Positions 37,401 through 48,939 of a stretch of 64,000 nt of DNA are shown here, in pieces (positions within the stretch are counted from its first letter, which is position 1; each line of letters begins with the position of its first letter). The notes under the pieces are model-generated. The model searched no databases. It was not told where the DNA came from and worked only from the letters and a program-made list of their open reading frames with translations. The translations under genes and the position numbers were made by a program. Origin of the DNA: Podospora anserina (Eukaryota); the NCBI GenBank assembly GCA_017654855.1, contig CM030337.1:2914001-2978000 (forward strand), given 5' to 3'.

Positions 37401-38024
37401 CAGTGCAGTTCTTACCGTATCCGGAAGAGTGTGTAGGAATTTTTTCCAGTCAATAGAGCGAGGAGCATCTTTCATGTCGGAATAGTGAAAAAACAGTGGC
37501 TGATAGGGTACCTGCAGTAGCTTGTCAGACATAGAGCGTGGCGGTGTGTAAATTCGGTGTCGTTTGTATACGCCAGATATTGATACTGGCATATACCAAT
37601 TGCCTTATAGAAATGTTGGACGTCTAAATTGGAGGTTGATATCTCCGAAAGGCTGAGCCATTTTGCCTTTGAAACTTCAGGCGTTTATGGACGCTCTGCG
37701 CTAAAGCCGGATGTAATTGGGCCGAGGAGTTATACTAGGGTTGTCATATGCGTGTATGCATGACAAAAGCGGCCGGTAGAGCCACTTTGCTCACTTCTCT
37801 AATGTTCTGACACGTGTGGTTTCAATAATGTAATGTCTTGGAGCGGAAACTCGGATATACGGATTCAAGGGAACTATGAACCACCAAGCGACTCGCACTA
37901 CAGCACCCACCATACCAAGCCTTCTACCCAGAAAGCCAGCTGTCTATCAAGATTATCCTGATCGAGTCCTCTTGCCTGCATCAACCTTGCCTGCCGTACT
38001 AAAGAGACTGCCGATATAGCCAGT

Positions 38025-38438
38025 ATGTCTAAGTTGGCTCACCTCATTATAGAAGCCAAAGCAGTGAGTGAAAAACTGGCCAGAACTCAACTGAGCCGTG
38101 ATGCCGCTATGAAGGAGTTTCAGAGACAACTGGAGCTTGACAAAGCTTACCTCCGGCAGCACGATGACCATCTCGATAACCTCTCTGTAGCAAAGAACCT
38201 ACCCCGGGCGTTAACCTTACCAACAGTCAGGTTGACTACGTTAAAGAATCTAGCCTGGGTCTTAATTATATCGTGGCTTCTTTGCGCACGTTCATCTTCA
38301 ATTTCAATCCCTCCCGATGACAACTTCGTGGCACCCCCCAAAAAGACAGTTGAGGCTGTGCGTGATGCCTCCACGTTGGGTGGCAGCGCTGTCATCAAGG
38401 CCTCTGATACTCAGCCTCAGCCGCAACCTATAAAGTAA
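38025..38438 (+). CDS. Hypothetical protein or gene remnant
   Basis: 137-aa ATG ORF with a coiled-coil-like start and one hydrophobic stretch. No recognised family. Confidence 0.3.
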   Translation: MSKLAHLIIEAKAVSEKLARTQLSRDAAMKEFQRQLELDKAYLRQHDDHLDNLSVAKNLPRALTLPTVRLTTLKNLAWVLIISWLLCARSSSISIPPDDNFVAPPKKTVEAVRDASTLGGSAVIKASDTQPQPQPIK

Positions 38439-39269
38439 ATAGCTGTCCCCCCGCTACAGCTCAGCCTCTGCTCCTGTCCGCTTCGTTAAGCCGCACCGTC
38501 ATCACCCCATCCTGCCCCGCCAACAAGCCATGGACAAATTCAGAAACTAATCCTGGTGGGGACATACCGCGCTGCAGGAGCTGTTTCTGACTCTGACGAA
38601 GGCAGGGATTCCTTTCGTGGTCCTTACCTGGCAATTTTAGCCGGATGACAAATACTCTATGTATGCTTCTCCGTGATCGGCTGGCGGCTCAGTCTGCTCA
38701 GCCTGGGCTCAGTCGCTGCTCAGGTCAAGCGGCGGGCTGCTCAAGTACAAAATACGGAAATGGAATTTGGTGCGATTCATATTGGTCGCCGACTTATGGG
38801 GAAGTCATTGTCTAATATGATGGTGATAAGCAGAGTGCATAAACACCCTCAAGACTGACCCATCTCAAACTTTCAATCCCTAGAGGACCTAACTCAAGCC
38901 TCTTCATGACAGGCTTGAGCCGAGGTGTGGTGCCGGAAGAAAAGAGCAAAGGTCGGCAACATTTACAGCATTTTTCGACCATGGCCTGGCAAATCTTGCG
39001 CAACACGGACCAGCCAACTGGCGAACCAAAATCACAGGGGAGCTATGCAAAAGAGTGAGGTGGTTGTATTGCTCTTCCATGTGTGCATCTGCCAATCCAC
39101 CCTCAAGGTACCGGTTACCATCCAAGAAAACAATTCGAGAAGACTCAGCTGAAAAAGGAGTGTCCCTAGACTACTAACCCTAAACCCGACAACCTGGAAC
39201 CTTGCTTTTCACTGAACCGAACCTCCACTTCCTCCTAGCCCAAGTTGGACATCCGAAAGGGCTTGGCCT

Positions 39270-39634
39270 CTAGCGGACACAGGTGCAATCACACACGCTC
39301 CAGCCAAAGACGCAGCTTTGACGCCAGATGCGGGACTTGATGCTGGTGCAGGAGTAAGATCGCTGCGAAGCCTCACCGCGGCAGGCAGCATTGCAACGGT
39401 TGGCCCTGTTACGTGGTTAGCATTTTGGATCTGCCTGATACACCACTCGACAGAAAGGAGCACATACCAATCAGTCTTGCAGCCTCCAGTAGCCTGCCAG
39501 GTGATGTCTGCCTGTCTAGCATTCAGAGGTCCGGTAGACTCCTCAATGATTTCGACTTCGTTGGCTGGCGCCGCGGCACCCGAAACAGCAGCCACAAGGC
39601 CGGTCAGGAGCAGAATAAGAGCTTTGGATTGCAT
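39270..39634 (-). CDS. Secreted 8-cysteine defensin-like prepropeptide (100 aa, 2 exons)
   Basis: Signal peptide MQSKALILLLTGLVAAVSG, acidic propiece ending LNAR, intron 39406-39467 (GTATGT...CTAAC...CAG), mature region with CNAAC and CDCTC. Confidence 0.85.
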
Positions 39635-41247
39635 TTTGGTGGATGGATAAGATGTGTGTTCGTGAGCTCTTTGTTTGTGGTTCTTTGAATACTGAAGCTG
39701 ATGATGATGAGAAAATAGCCATTCCAAGTCGAAGAGTCTCCTCTCTTTATACTTTTTTAGTGCCACAAGAACTTGTCACAAAGCAGTGCCTATGTTGCGA
39801 CTGAACTGGACGATTACAACATAACAAGTCTCTTCTTGCTGATCACCAGCGCCTCCTATCTCATGATCTTCCAGCTATTCAAGACAGAAGAGTAAGACGG
39901 ACCAACTCAAGTCACTGAGATCTTCACTATGAACTGGATGTGGAAAGTGTTTGAGGCCAAGACACCCACGATTCTACAGAGTACAGGCTGGGCTTTCTCC
40001 TATACACGATCTCATGAATTAGGGCAGCCAACCAGGCGCTCATTTCATCAAGGAACGGCTGAACTTTGAGTCGCCCGATCCCAGGCCTTACCATTTGGTT
40101 GAGCCTGGACGAGTAGAGATCAACATCACTTCATCCGGTCCAGTTACTGTGTGTCAGTATTCTACCATGTTCGGCCAATAGCTGTGTTTAGCCGTGTTAC
40201 AATGTCTGGTAAGACACTATATCCAGGTGCAAGCGAGGTGGCGCAGTCTCGGCACTATGTCATTTATGATTTCCTTACGTCAACGTCCGAAAGTACTAAG
40301 AAACTGCGCTGACTTTTTGAAAGCTCAGACCTTTCAAAGATCCCTTCTGCAAGGAACGACACTGTTCGACCCAAGTCATCCCAGTTCTGTTAGGACGTTG
40401 AACTCACCGTCGACAACGATCCGTCCGTTTGCTTATTGTTGATCTGCGCCTAACCCGGTCTGATTATTCCCGGGGGCCTAGAAATCAGCTGGTGGCGATA
40501 CCAAACATTGGTTAGAAGGGGGTCCCCCGCATCAAAACTTTACAGTACCAAGGCCGACCGCCAAGGACTGGTGTAGCATAGTATGCGACATAACACCCAG
40601 TCGACAGAGGAATAGGAACTGTGACAAAATATCGGTGCTTCAAAGATGTTCAATATGCCTCTCGGCTACCTTTCAAGGCCTCTCGACTACGTTTTGAGTC
40701 AACTCAACTATCTTTGATGATCTCTTAGTTGTCCTTGAAGGCCTCTCGACTATTCCGAAACGCCCAAACATCTTTTCAAGGCCTGCTCTCTACGAGGTGC
40801 ATAGTGGTTCAAGTTTTGTCCTACACGCAGATGTCGAGTCCGACAAGGGGGAAGACTCATGATGATCCAATCAAAGACGACGGGAAGTTACATTGTCGAT
40901 TTACAGGGGATGGTCTGCTGCCTGTGGTCCCCCAGCGTTCGTCTGGATGGGTGAAGCGATCATCCGAGAGCTTCGGAATTTGTGAGGCGCAAGGTGAAAT
41001 CAAGGCCCTTGACATGTTCTTTAGCAGCTTCTTCACTCTTAAACGTGCCGCTGAAGTGAACTCTTCACCTCAATCATCCACCTTTGATGGTCATAACCGC
41101 CTGCAATGAACTCACCAATGCTGAAAACACGACAACAACCACCAATATCGTCACCCTTCTATATCGGTCAAAACATCCTCAGTTGGCGAAGCTCCAGAGA
41201 ATGACGAGTTCGAGAAGCTAGAACATGCATCGCAAGCGGGTACAACA

Positions 41248-42558
41248 TTGCCATGGAGGTCCCGATACCTCACACTTGTTGTCATTCTGGCCTTTCTCGT
41301 TGTTTTTGTTCTGATCCTGAACATATCCCTTGTGTCAGATACTTGCGACATCGCACACATGTCTGTGGATCCAACCCCATGGACCGCTGAATGTGGTACC
41401 AAAAACGGCTGCAACATGGTAATCGCAAGATTCGCTTCAGCACAGTGTGAGGGTCTGGCGGGCGACGAAGGAAAGAAGGCCTTGGTCATGTTTGGCGATC
41501 TCACCTTTACCAGGGATGATAGCCTTCCAAAAAGCATCTCGGACTGCTGGGACAAGGGCGACATGATCCGTCCGTTCCAGTCCAAACTGCACAAGTCAAC
41601 GCTATTCTTGTGTAGGCCACCTTATGACATCAAGAACATCAGTCTGGTGCGAAATGGAACCAAGATTATTGAGACCGCCGACCTGGAGGAACCAGAAGCG
41701 CAAAGAACTTTGAGTACGATCAAGCCTCTGGACCTCCTGTCGACTCTTCTGAAGAGCTTTGAGACAAACCATCTCGAGTTGGCCTACAGAATGCACGGAC
41801 ACGTGATAGAGGTTGGGGGTAGTAACATTAGCGTGGACAAGGTGATGGGGACCCTCCTTCTATATCGGCATGGTCTCCATCAGAGCCAAAAAGCTCTCGA
41901 GTTATACGATGGTCATGTTATTAAGCGAGCGGCAGCAGAGTTCTATCGGCAATTTGGCGCCATGCTGGGCAAGTTATTGCTTCTGGAGCCCGCCTCGATA
42001 AGCTCTTTTTGGTCTCTCTCCATCAATGACGACCATCTGGTTATTCGGGCATGGGCTGCACATTGGATGACTGGCTTGACTGCGACCTGCATTGCGTTGT
42101 GCGCTGTGCTCATTTTTCTTCTCCCTAAAGGAAGAATACTGCCTTGCAACCCAACAAGTCTTGCCGGGATGGCAGCACTCGTCTCTCACAGTCAGGACTT
42201 GGTTGAGAGACTGAAGTTCTCCGCGGCAGCAAGGGACAAAGCACTTGAGCGTCGTCTCCACGACACATCGTTCAAGCCGGTGGTGATTGACGGTGCTGGA
42301 TCAGGCTGTGAGAGGTTCGTCATTCCGGTGGGGCATCTTGGTGATCCGGATAAGATAGGGGAGGTGGCAGAGGCGATCAAGTATCAGTATGGGATTATCC
42401 AGGCGCAATACTTGGCGGTGCAGCTTGTTCCGGCTGGTGAGACAAACGTGACGCTGTCGGGGGGTGGATGGGGACGCAGTGGGTTGGGATGGGGGGGAAC
42501 GGGAGAGGGTGCTGGGGAAGGATATGAGGTTTTGGTTGGGGTGGGGGGGTGTGGTTGA
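41248..42558 (+). pseudogene. Probable internally deleted DUF3433-like membrane protein remnant
   Basis: Long ORF starting at TTG with PWR..YL + TM helix, LFLCRPPY, LVIRAWAAHWM + TM and PCNPTSLAGMAALV, decaying into G-rich sequence. Family by recall. Confidence 0.4.
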
Positions 42559-43407
42559 TGGTGAGGTGGGGAGTCGTAAGAGGTTTGGGATTTTTGCTTG
42601 GGATGAGGGGACTGGGGATGTGTAGGAGGGGGATAGTGAGGTGGAGATGATGGGGGTAGGATTAAGGGACGGGATGGATGTTGATACTGAGTATAGGGGG
42701 GCGGGGGGGTATGTCAGTGTCAGGGAAAGTGATGCGAATGATATGGGGCGTGTTGGGGTTGATGGAAGGCCACGTTATGGACAATGAAATAGAGAATACA
42801 ACCAAGGAAAGGCATTAAAAGATAGTCGGTGGGTTCTTACAGACAGGTAATAGACCTTGAAAGAATTTAAGGACCTTTGAAGATAGTAAATATGCCTCCG
42901 GAAGATTTAAAAGGACAGTTAATGAACCTAAAATGCATATTCCAGGGCGTAACGAAGAGATAAGAGAATGGCTGCGGGGCTTACAAATCCTTAATCTTAT
43001 ATTGTAGTCTCTTTTAAATACTTATGTTCTGTGATGTGAGGGGTTGGAGCAGGTGACCGAGGAGGAAGGAGCGGCGTCTCGGCGTGGGAAGGAAGGGGTG
43101 GAAGGCTTCAAGAGGGGTGGGAGAATGGTTTCATTGTTCTTTGTTCAGTCAACCACCGTACTCTCATACCCATATAGTCACACCCGACAATATCTTTAGG
43201 ATCAGTCCGTATCGGTCTCGGAAGGTGAGAAAAAGGTGAGCGTAGTAAGCATCACCCTAAGCTAAAGTGGATCTAAGGACCGTTCGGCTATACTTACCGC
43301 AACCAAAACTAATTATAACTTCCGTTTTCTCCTTACGCATACCAGTAGCCCGTTATTAAGCCTACTAAAACTACCATTTATATTAAAATTGTAACTTTAA
43401 ATATAGG

Positions 43408-43846
43408 TGTGACGAACCCCTATTGTCACAAACCAACCATATAGCAAGGCCAGGTGGAGACTGCAGCTAGCCACGCCTGCCAATCGGAGGAAGAAGACAC
43501 GGCGGCAGGGCTGCAGGGTAGGACAAGGCTCACTGCTTGGCAAACGTGAGCCGGATCACCACGCTCACCAGGTGAGCGCGGTGAGTTCTAAGGGATCATC
43601 ACGGGTCGCTGGTGAGCGAGAGTGATCCAGGTACGAAGGTACTTAGGGATTATGGTCTATATATACGGAGGAACTAGATAGCTTGTAGATAGTTCCGCAG
43701 TATGCAATCACAGCTTGTATTCACGGTATCTTGTGTTTACATTGAGACATCTTGTTGTGCACTGTTTAGTTGTACCGAACCAGGATTGTTCAGAAGTACC
43801 TTCAACCAGTATCCTCTTCAGAGGTTCTGGATAGGGGTTCGTCACA
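43408..43846 (+). mobile_element. Solo LTR (TGTCACA at 43424 to GGTTCGTCACA at 43846) preceded by an inverted 16-bp copy of its own 3' end
   Basis: 3' half is homologous to the LTRs at 27232 and 27826; the 5' half looks unrelated. Confidence 0.85.
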
Positions 43847-43889
43847 ACGAGCTGGATGTTGCAGTGTGGATTTTAGGACTCCGACTCTA

Positions 43890-43977
43890 AGAGCTATTTC
43901 TGGAGTGCAGCTATTTGGTTTGGCAGGTATTATGATAAGGATCTTCTTCCTTTGTAGTCGGAAATAGCTTCTATATG
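43890..43977. repeat. Dispersed repeat, copy 2 (matches 26765-26853)
   Basis: Direct-orientation match seen by eye. Confidence 0.8.
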
Positions 43978-44001
43978 TACGGGGCGCATCAGGGTGCAAC
44001 A

Positions 44002-45792
44002 TCATTCTCCTTCCTTTCGGTTTGAACCCAGTCTCAAAATCTCTTGGCCGGACTCTTGCTTTTCTTGCTGGAAACGGTGGTCAGTGATGTGTTCCTGATC
44101 CATACTGTATTCCTTGATGGTAAACTGTGACAACATGGTCACGCCTGCCAGACCGCACATGGTCGCCCAGATAACTTGGAAAGTACGGACAAGGGCGCCT
44201 CTCAACGCCATCGCCAACGGGGACCCCGAGGGCATGTTCTTCATCATGGATGCCAGCGTTACGGCTCCAATATTTGCAATGGCTGGTGGCAGCAGCGAGG
44301 CAATTTCTGGTTGCTGGAGTTCCACCTGCATGTGATTTTCTAGAATCGATCCACCGATGGCCACGCCGACCGCTTGTCCGAACGAGCGGAAGAAGAGAAC
44401 CAGCGTTGCGGCCGTGGCCACGTCTGCGGGCGGGACCGAGGCTTGCAGCGCGAGCGTGATGGACGGGAATAGGATCCCCATGCCCAGCCCGGACACGGCA
44501 GTGAGGAAGATCCACGCCGGGATGCTGGTGTCGGCGCCCAAGAGTATCAGGAGCCCGCAGCCCAAGGTTGCTAGCACCCAACCGCTCCAGACAGCCCAGC
44601 GGTAGCGGCCGGTCTTGGACACGACCACGCCGACGAAGATGGCGCATGGAACTACCGTCGCGGTCTGGGCGAGGGCGGCGACGCCTGCAATCAGCGGGCT
44701 GTAGCCCAGGACGGCTTGGAAATACTCGGGCATGTAGTACACGAGAGAGTAAAGGATGAGCCCGTGAACGAAGCTGCCGGCGTATACCGCCGTTGTTGAG
44801 TAGTTCCGGAATATGTAGACGGGGATGAAGGGCGTGGACGTGCCGTAGCACTCGAACACAGCAACACCCGCCATGCCCGCAGCACCAAGACACAGGGGGA
44901 CGAGCGTGTGCCAGCTGCTCCAGGGAAACTGCGAACCCCCCAGGGTCACCGATACAAGGAAAGCCGTGACGGAGGCGATGAAGAGGGTCGAGCCGAAGTA
45001 GTCCAGGTTCCGCAGCCTGGCCGTGGTGTCACCGCTCGGCCGGGTAAGCTTCAGGAAGAAGCCAATACCAAACAAGCCGAGTCCGACGACGGGAAGGTTG
45101 AGCCTGCCGAGTACAAAGGTGAGCATGTAGTCGAAGTACACAGGGCCATGTACGAACGCAGCTCACCAGAATATCCATCGCCACTGGCCTGCTTCAGCAC
45201 AAGCACCACCAATAATGGGTCCGGTAGTGCTGCCCACGGCCCAGATGGAGCTGATCAAGGCATAAAGACGAGCGCGCTCCCTAAGAGGCGCTAGATCGGT
45301 CACCAACACGGTGGTGAGACCAAGCACTCCGCCGCCGCCGAGCCCCTGAACGGTCCGGCCGGCGATCATGACAGTAAAGTTTTGGGAGACGGCACAAACC
45401 ACGGAGCCGGCGGCAAAGATGACCAACGCCAGCATCAGAACGGGACGGCGGCCAAAGACGTCGCTCAGGGATACCCAGAGGAGCAACACAACGGTGCAGG
45501 CGAGTAGGTAGGATGTCCCGGCCCAGAAGGCCTCGGTCTGTCTGTTGCCATCGCCGCCGATGGCCGCGGATATTGCCTGTCCATGTTGTGTCAGCCCGGT
45601 GTTCACATCGTTTCTACTTGTGGGGGAGAGGTCGGAACGCACCGGCAGGGCGACAGAGAGGGACGTGGCGTCCAAGGCTGCGGCGAGATTAGTCAGGGCT
45701 ATGGCCCAGAAGGCAAGCCAGAAATGGAGCCCCGGCCCACGCCGAGTGTCGGCCCTGTCGAACTCATTCACGTTGGTGTCGACGCTGGCCAT
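44002..45792 (-). CDS. MFS drug:H+ antiporter (DHA2-like, 3 exons)
   Basis: AALDATSLSVALP, LSDVFGRR, GRTVQGLGGGG, WRWIFW/LNLP, GGSQFPWSS. Introns near 45578-45643 and 45104-45164. Confidence 0.93.
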
Positions 45793-46101
45793 TTGGGAAG
45801 ACTGCCACGCCGCGTGAGGTTAGGCAGAGGGTTCCAGAAAGGATCGGAGCGAGCCAGAGCAGGCGATGGTCTCTAGTACGCCTCACTGGGTATATTCACA
45901 GGAAAGCACGCTCGTCGGCAGCAGGATCCAAGGCAAGGGCAACGCGGAACTAGACTCCCGGTGGGTAAAATTGCCCTGCGTTACAGTTGGTTCAGTCGAA
46001 AAGCCACACCGGTGGGCCACTGCATCCACGCACGATAAGTCACCAGTCGAGCGGGCGTCATCGCAGTCCCGACTCGGCCTTATCAGCGACCCACGTTGGA
46101 T

Positions 46102-46232
46102 CGGAAGTCCGATGTTGACACATGTTCGGAAGTCCGACCGCTTAGCGCTGACACCTTCCTGCCGACCTATGGACGGAAGCCGGGGCCGAATTCTGCCTGT
46201 CCACGGCAATTTGGCCGCCGGGCGGCTTCCGG
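46102..46232. promoter_or_regulatory. Clustered CGGAAG(T)CCG motifs, putative Zn2Cys6 sites in the MFS/P450 divergent promoter
   Basis: CGGAAGTCCG at 46102 and 46127; CGGAAGCCG at 46174 and on the minus strand at 46223-46231. Confidence 0.5.
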
Positions 46233-46387
46233 CATCGCTGCGGATGTTGTCGTCCCTTACTTGGACTTCAAACCTGTTGGAAGGCCCAGACCATGCCGCA
46301 TGCCCGAGCCCCTGGCATCGACACATTTGCCGTCTTGGTCTCTCGACTGTCATCAGAATCCTCTGCTCTTACCCAACAAGACCTTAG

Positions 46388-48102
46388 ATGAACCGAAACG
46401 ACATCGAGATGCCATACCCAATCTACTACTACGTTGCCATTCTTTGCATAGCTGCTCTCTTCACCCGCTCGCTCTATGCACGAATTAGTCTCTTCCAGCG
46501 CAAGCGGCGCTTCGCCCGCAAGCACGGCTGCGCGCCTGTGACGCGAGCGCGGGCGTGGGATCCCCTGCTTGGTCTCGACCATTTCGTCCGCCTAGGGAAG
46601 GCCGCCGCGCAGCGCCGGTACCTGGAATACTGGCGGAAGAACATGTTCGGGAGGTACGGCAACACGTTCGAGATCAACCTCATGGGCCAGCGCCTGCTCT
46701 TCACCAACGAGCCGCGCAACATCCAGGCGGTGCTGGTGACGCAGTTCCCTGACTTTGACATCGGCCAGCGGCGGCGCGACAACTCGGCCCAGCTGTTGGG
46801 CGTGGGCGTCTTCAACGCCGACGGTCCCACGTGGGAGCACGCTCGCGCTACCCTGCGTCCAAACCTCACGCGGGCTCAGGTGGCCGACTTGCAGCTCTTT
46901 GAGAAGCATGTCGGCGTATGGATGGCGGCCCTGCCCAAGGATGGCCAGGCGGTGGATATGCAGGAATGGGCTTTCCGATTTGTAAGCTGTTGATGGACAA
47001 CCCACTCGAATTCATCTCGGCACGTCCTTTGCTAACATTGGCCACAGACTCTGGACGTGGGAACCGAATTCTTGCTCGGCACATCTTCCGGCGTACTTGA
47101 TCCTCAAGCCACGGCTTTGGGCCGCCGCTTTGCCTGGGCCTTTAACCTCGGGGTGGACGGAGTGGCGCAGAAAATCCGCCTCGGAAGCCTGGCACCGCTC
47201 TACTACAATGCCGACTACGGAAAGGCCTGCAAGATGGTGCACGAATACGTCGACCCCATCGTGCTTGCAGCGATCGAAGCAACCCAGAAGACCGGGTCTG
47301 AACAACACAGCAACGTCGGAGACGAAAAGCGGTACACCTTCCTTGCCGCTCTCGCCAGCGAGGGTATCAGCCCGAAGAAGATACGTGACCATGTATTGAA
47401 CATACGTAAGTAGCACTTACAGGGCATCTGCGTGTTTATTTGGAATTGTCCGACCTGACCAACCTCTCAGTCATTGCTGCGCGCGATACATCGGCCTGTC
47501 TTATGAGTGCCGCCTTCTTCGAGCTCGCAAGACAGCCCGCCATCCAAGCCAAGCTCCGAGCCGAGGTCGACAGACAGCTCGAAGGACGGCTCCCCCGCTA
47601 CGACGACCTCAAAGACATGACCTACCTCAACTGGTTCATCAAGGAGGCCCTGCGCCTGTACCCCCCAATCCCCATGAACATCCGCGTAGCGAACAAGGAC
47701 ACGATCCTCCCCGTGGGCGGCGGTCCCGACGGCTCGGCGCCCATCTTCGTCGCCGCGGGCCAAGAGGTCGTGTACCAAATCTTCTCGACACACCGGCGGA
47801 GGGATCTTTGGGGCGAGGACGCCGACCAGTTCCGCCCGGAGCGGTGGGAGACGATCCGCCCGCACTTCCAGTACCTGCCCTTCAACGGGGGTCCCCGCAT
47901 ATGCCCTGGCCAGCAGTTTGCGCTGCTGGAAACGAGCTTTGTCCTCGTGCGGTTCCTGCAGGAGTACTCGCGGCTCGAGGCGCCCGCAACCTCGCAGCAG
48001 CCCTGGACCGAGAATTACACCTTGACCTGTTCGGTGGGACAGGGTTCGTGGGTGAAGCTGATGAAGAGGGGGGGTGAAAAGGGGTCAGAAGTCTCGGCTT
48101 AA
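46388..48102 (+). CDS. Cytochrome P450, CYP52-clan-like (3 exons)
   Basis: N-terminal anchor, [12 protein letters not shown]-helix [22 protein letters not shown], heme motif [10 protein letters not shown]. Introns 46982-47047 and about 47406-47470. Confidence 0.95.
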
Positions 48103-48412
48103 TGAGGTAATCTCGTAGCCAGCAGAAGTGTAGTTGATGCAGCTTAACAAGGCCAGCATTAGCTAGACTACTGCTTAGAACAGAATGGAGTGTATTAGGA
48201 GGGACATTTGCTGGCGGACCTCCATAACGAACGGCCATGCACGGTGATGATAATCGAAAGGGCTTAGATACATTCAATTATCTGTGATTATGCTCAAGTT
48301 ACATTCGCAACTTTTATCTGCAGGGCCAAGTGCAGTGCAAAGAGATGGAGAGTCGCCCCAGGCTAAGTACTTGGGCCGGCAGGCCAAGCATCACCGACAA
48401 CCGGTCAGTCCT

Positions 48413-48820
48413 TCAAGCCCCCTTGTCGTCTCCAAAGACTGCCACCGCGAGGAAAGCGGCAAGACACAGCGAGTGCAACACCAAATGCACAGCCGGCCCT
48501 CCCAACGCGGCGCCTTGTCCTTCGCTGTCGCCTTGTACCTTGTACTGTAGACGCGCGAGAGCACGATGGATGGGCCAGGCGTGATAAGTGCCTAGAGCCG
48601 CAGCGAGAAGTCTCGTGCCGCAAGAGGGTGGCTGGTGGTGGAAGATGGCGACCAGACAGACGAGGTTTGTTGAGAGGAGAAGCCCGCCGTACTGGCGCAA
48701 AATCAGCTTCGCAGCCGCGGAGCAGTCGGGCAGTTGTTGTTCCGGTCGGAAGATGAAGGACGCGGCTGCGGCTGTCTCGATGAGAAGATGGAAGACGAAT
48801 GGAAGGGTTTGGGAGGCCAT
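48413..48820 (-). CDS. Small multi-pass membrane protein of unknown function (135 aa)
   Basis: GCCATGG start, about four hydrophobic segments with embedded His/Glu/Tyr, inside the cluster. Confidence 0.65.
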   Translation of the reverse strand: MASQTLPFVFHLLIETAAAASFIFRPEQQLPDCSAAAKLILRQYGGLLLSTNLVCLVAIFHHQPPSCGTRLLAAALGTYHAWPIHRALARLQYKVQGDSEGQGAALGGPAVHLVLHSLCLAAFLAVAVFGDDKGA

Positions 48821-48939
48821 GGCGTCTGGGCAGGACGGGGGTTGGAAGGGTGGGACAGCAGTAATGAGGGTTGCCAGGACCGGATATTGAGGGTGCAGGC
48901 GAACCGGACATAAGAGACACAAGACAGTCTAGTCTCCCT

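Noticed and set aside
39209-39766. 185-aa ORF as given in the track
   Set aside because: Reads through an intron; the spliced 100-aa peptide fits much better.
40655-40795. Short repeated word GGCCTCTCGACTA
   Set aside because: Three to four degenerate copies with irregular spacing; no function can be supported.
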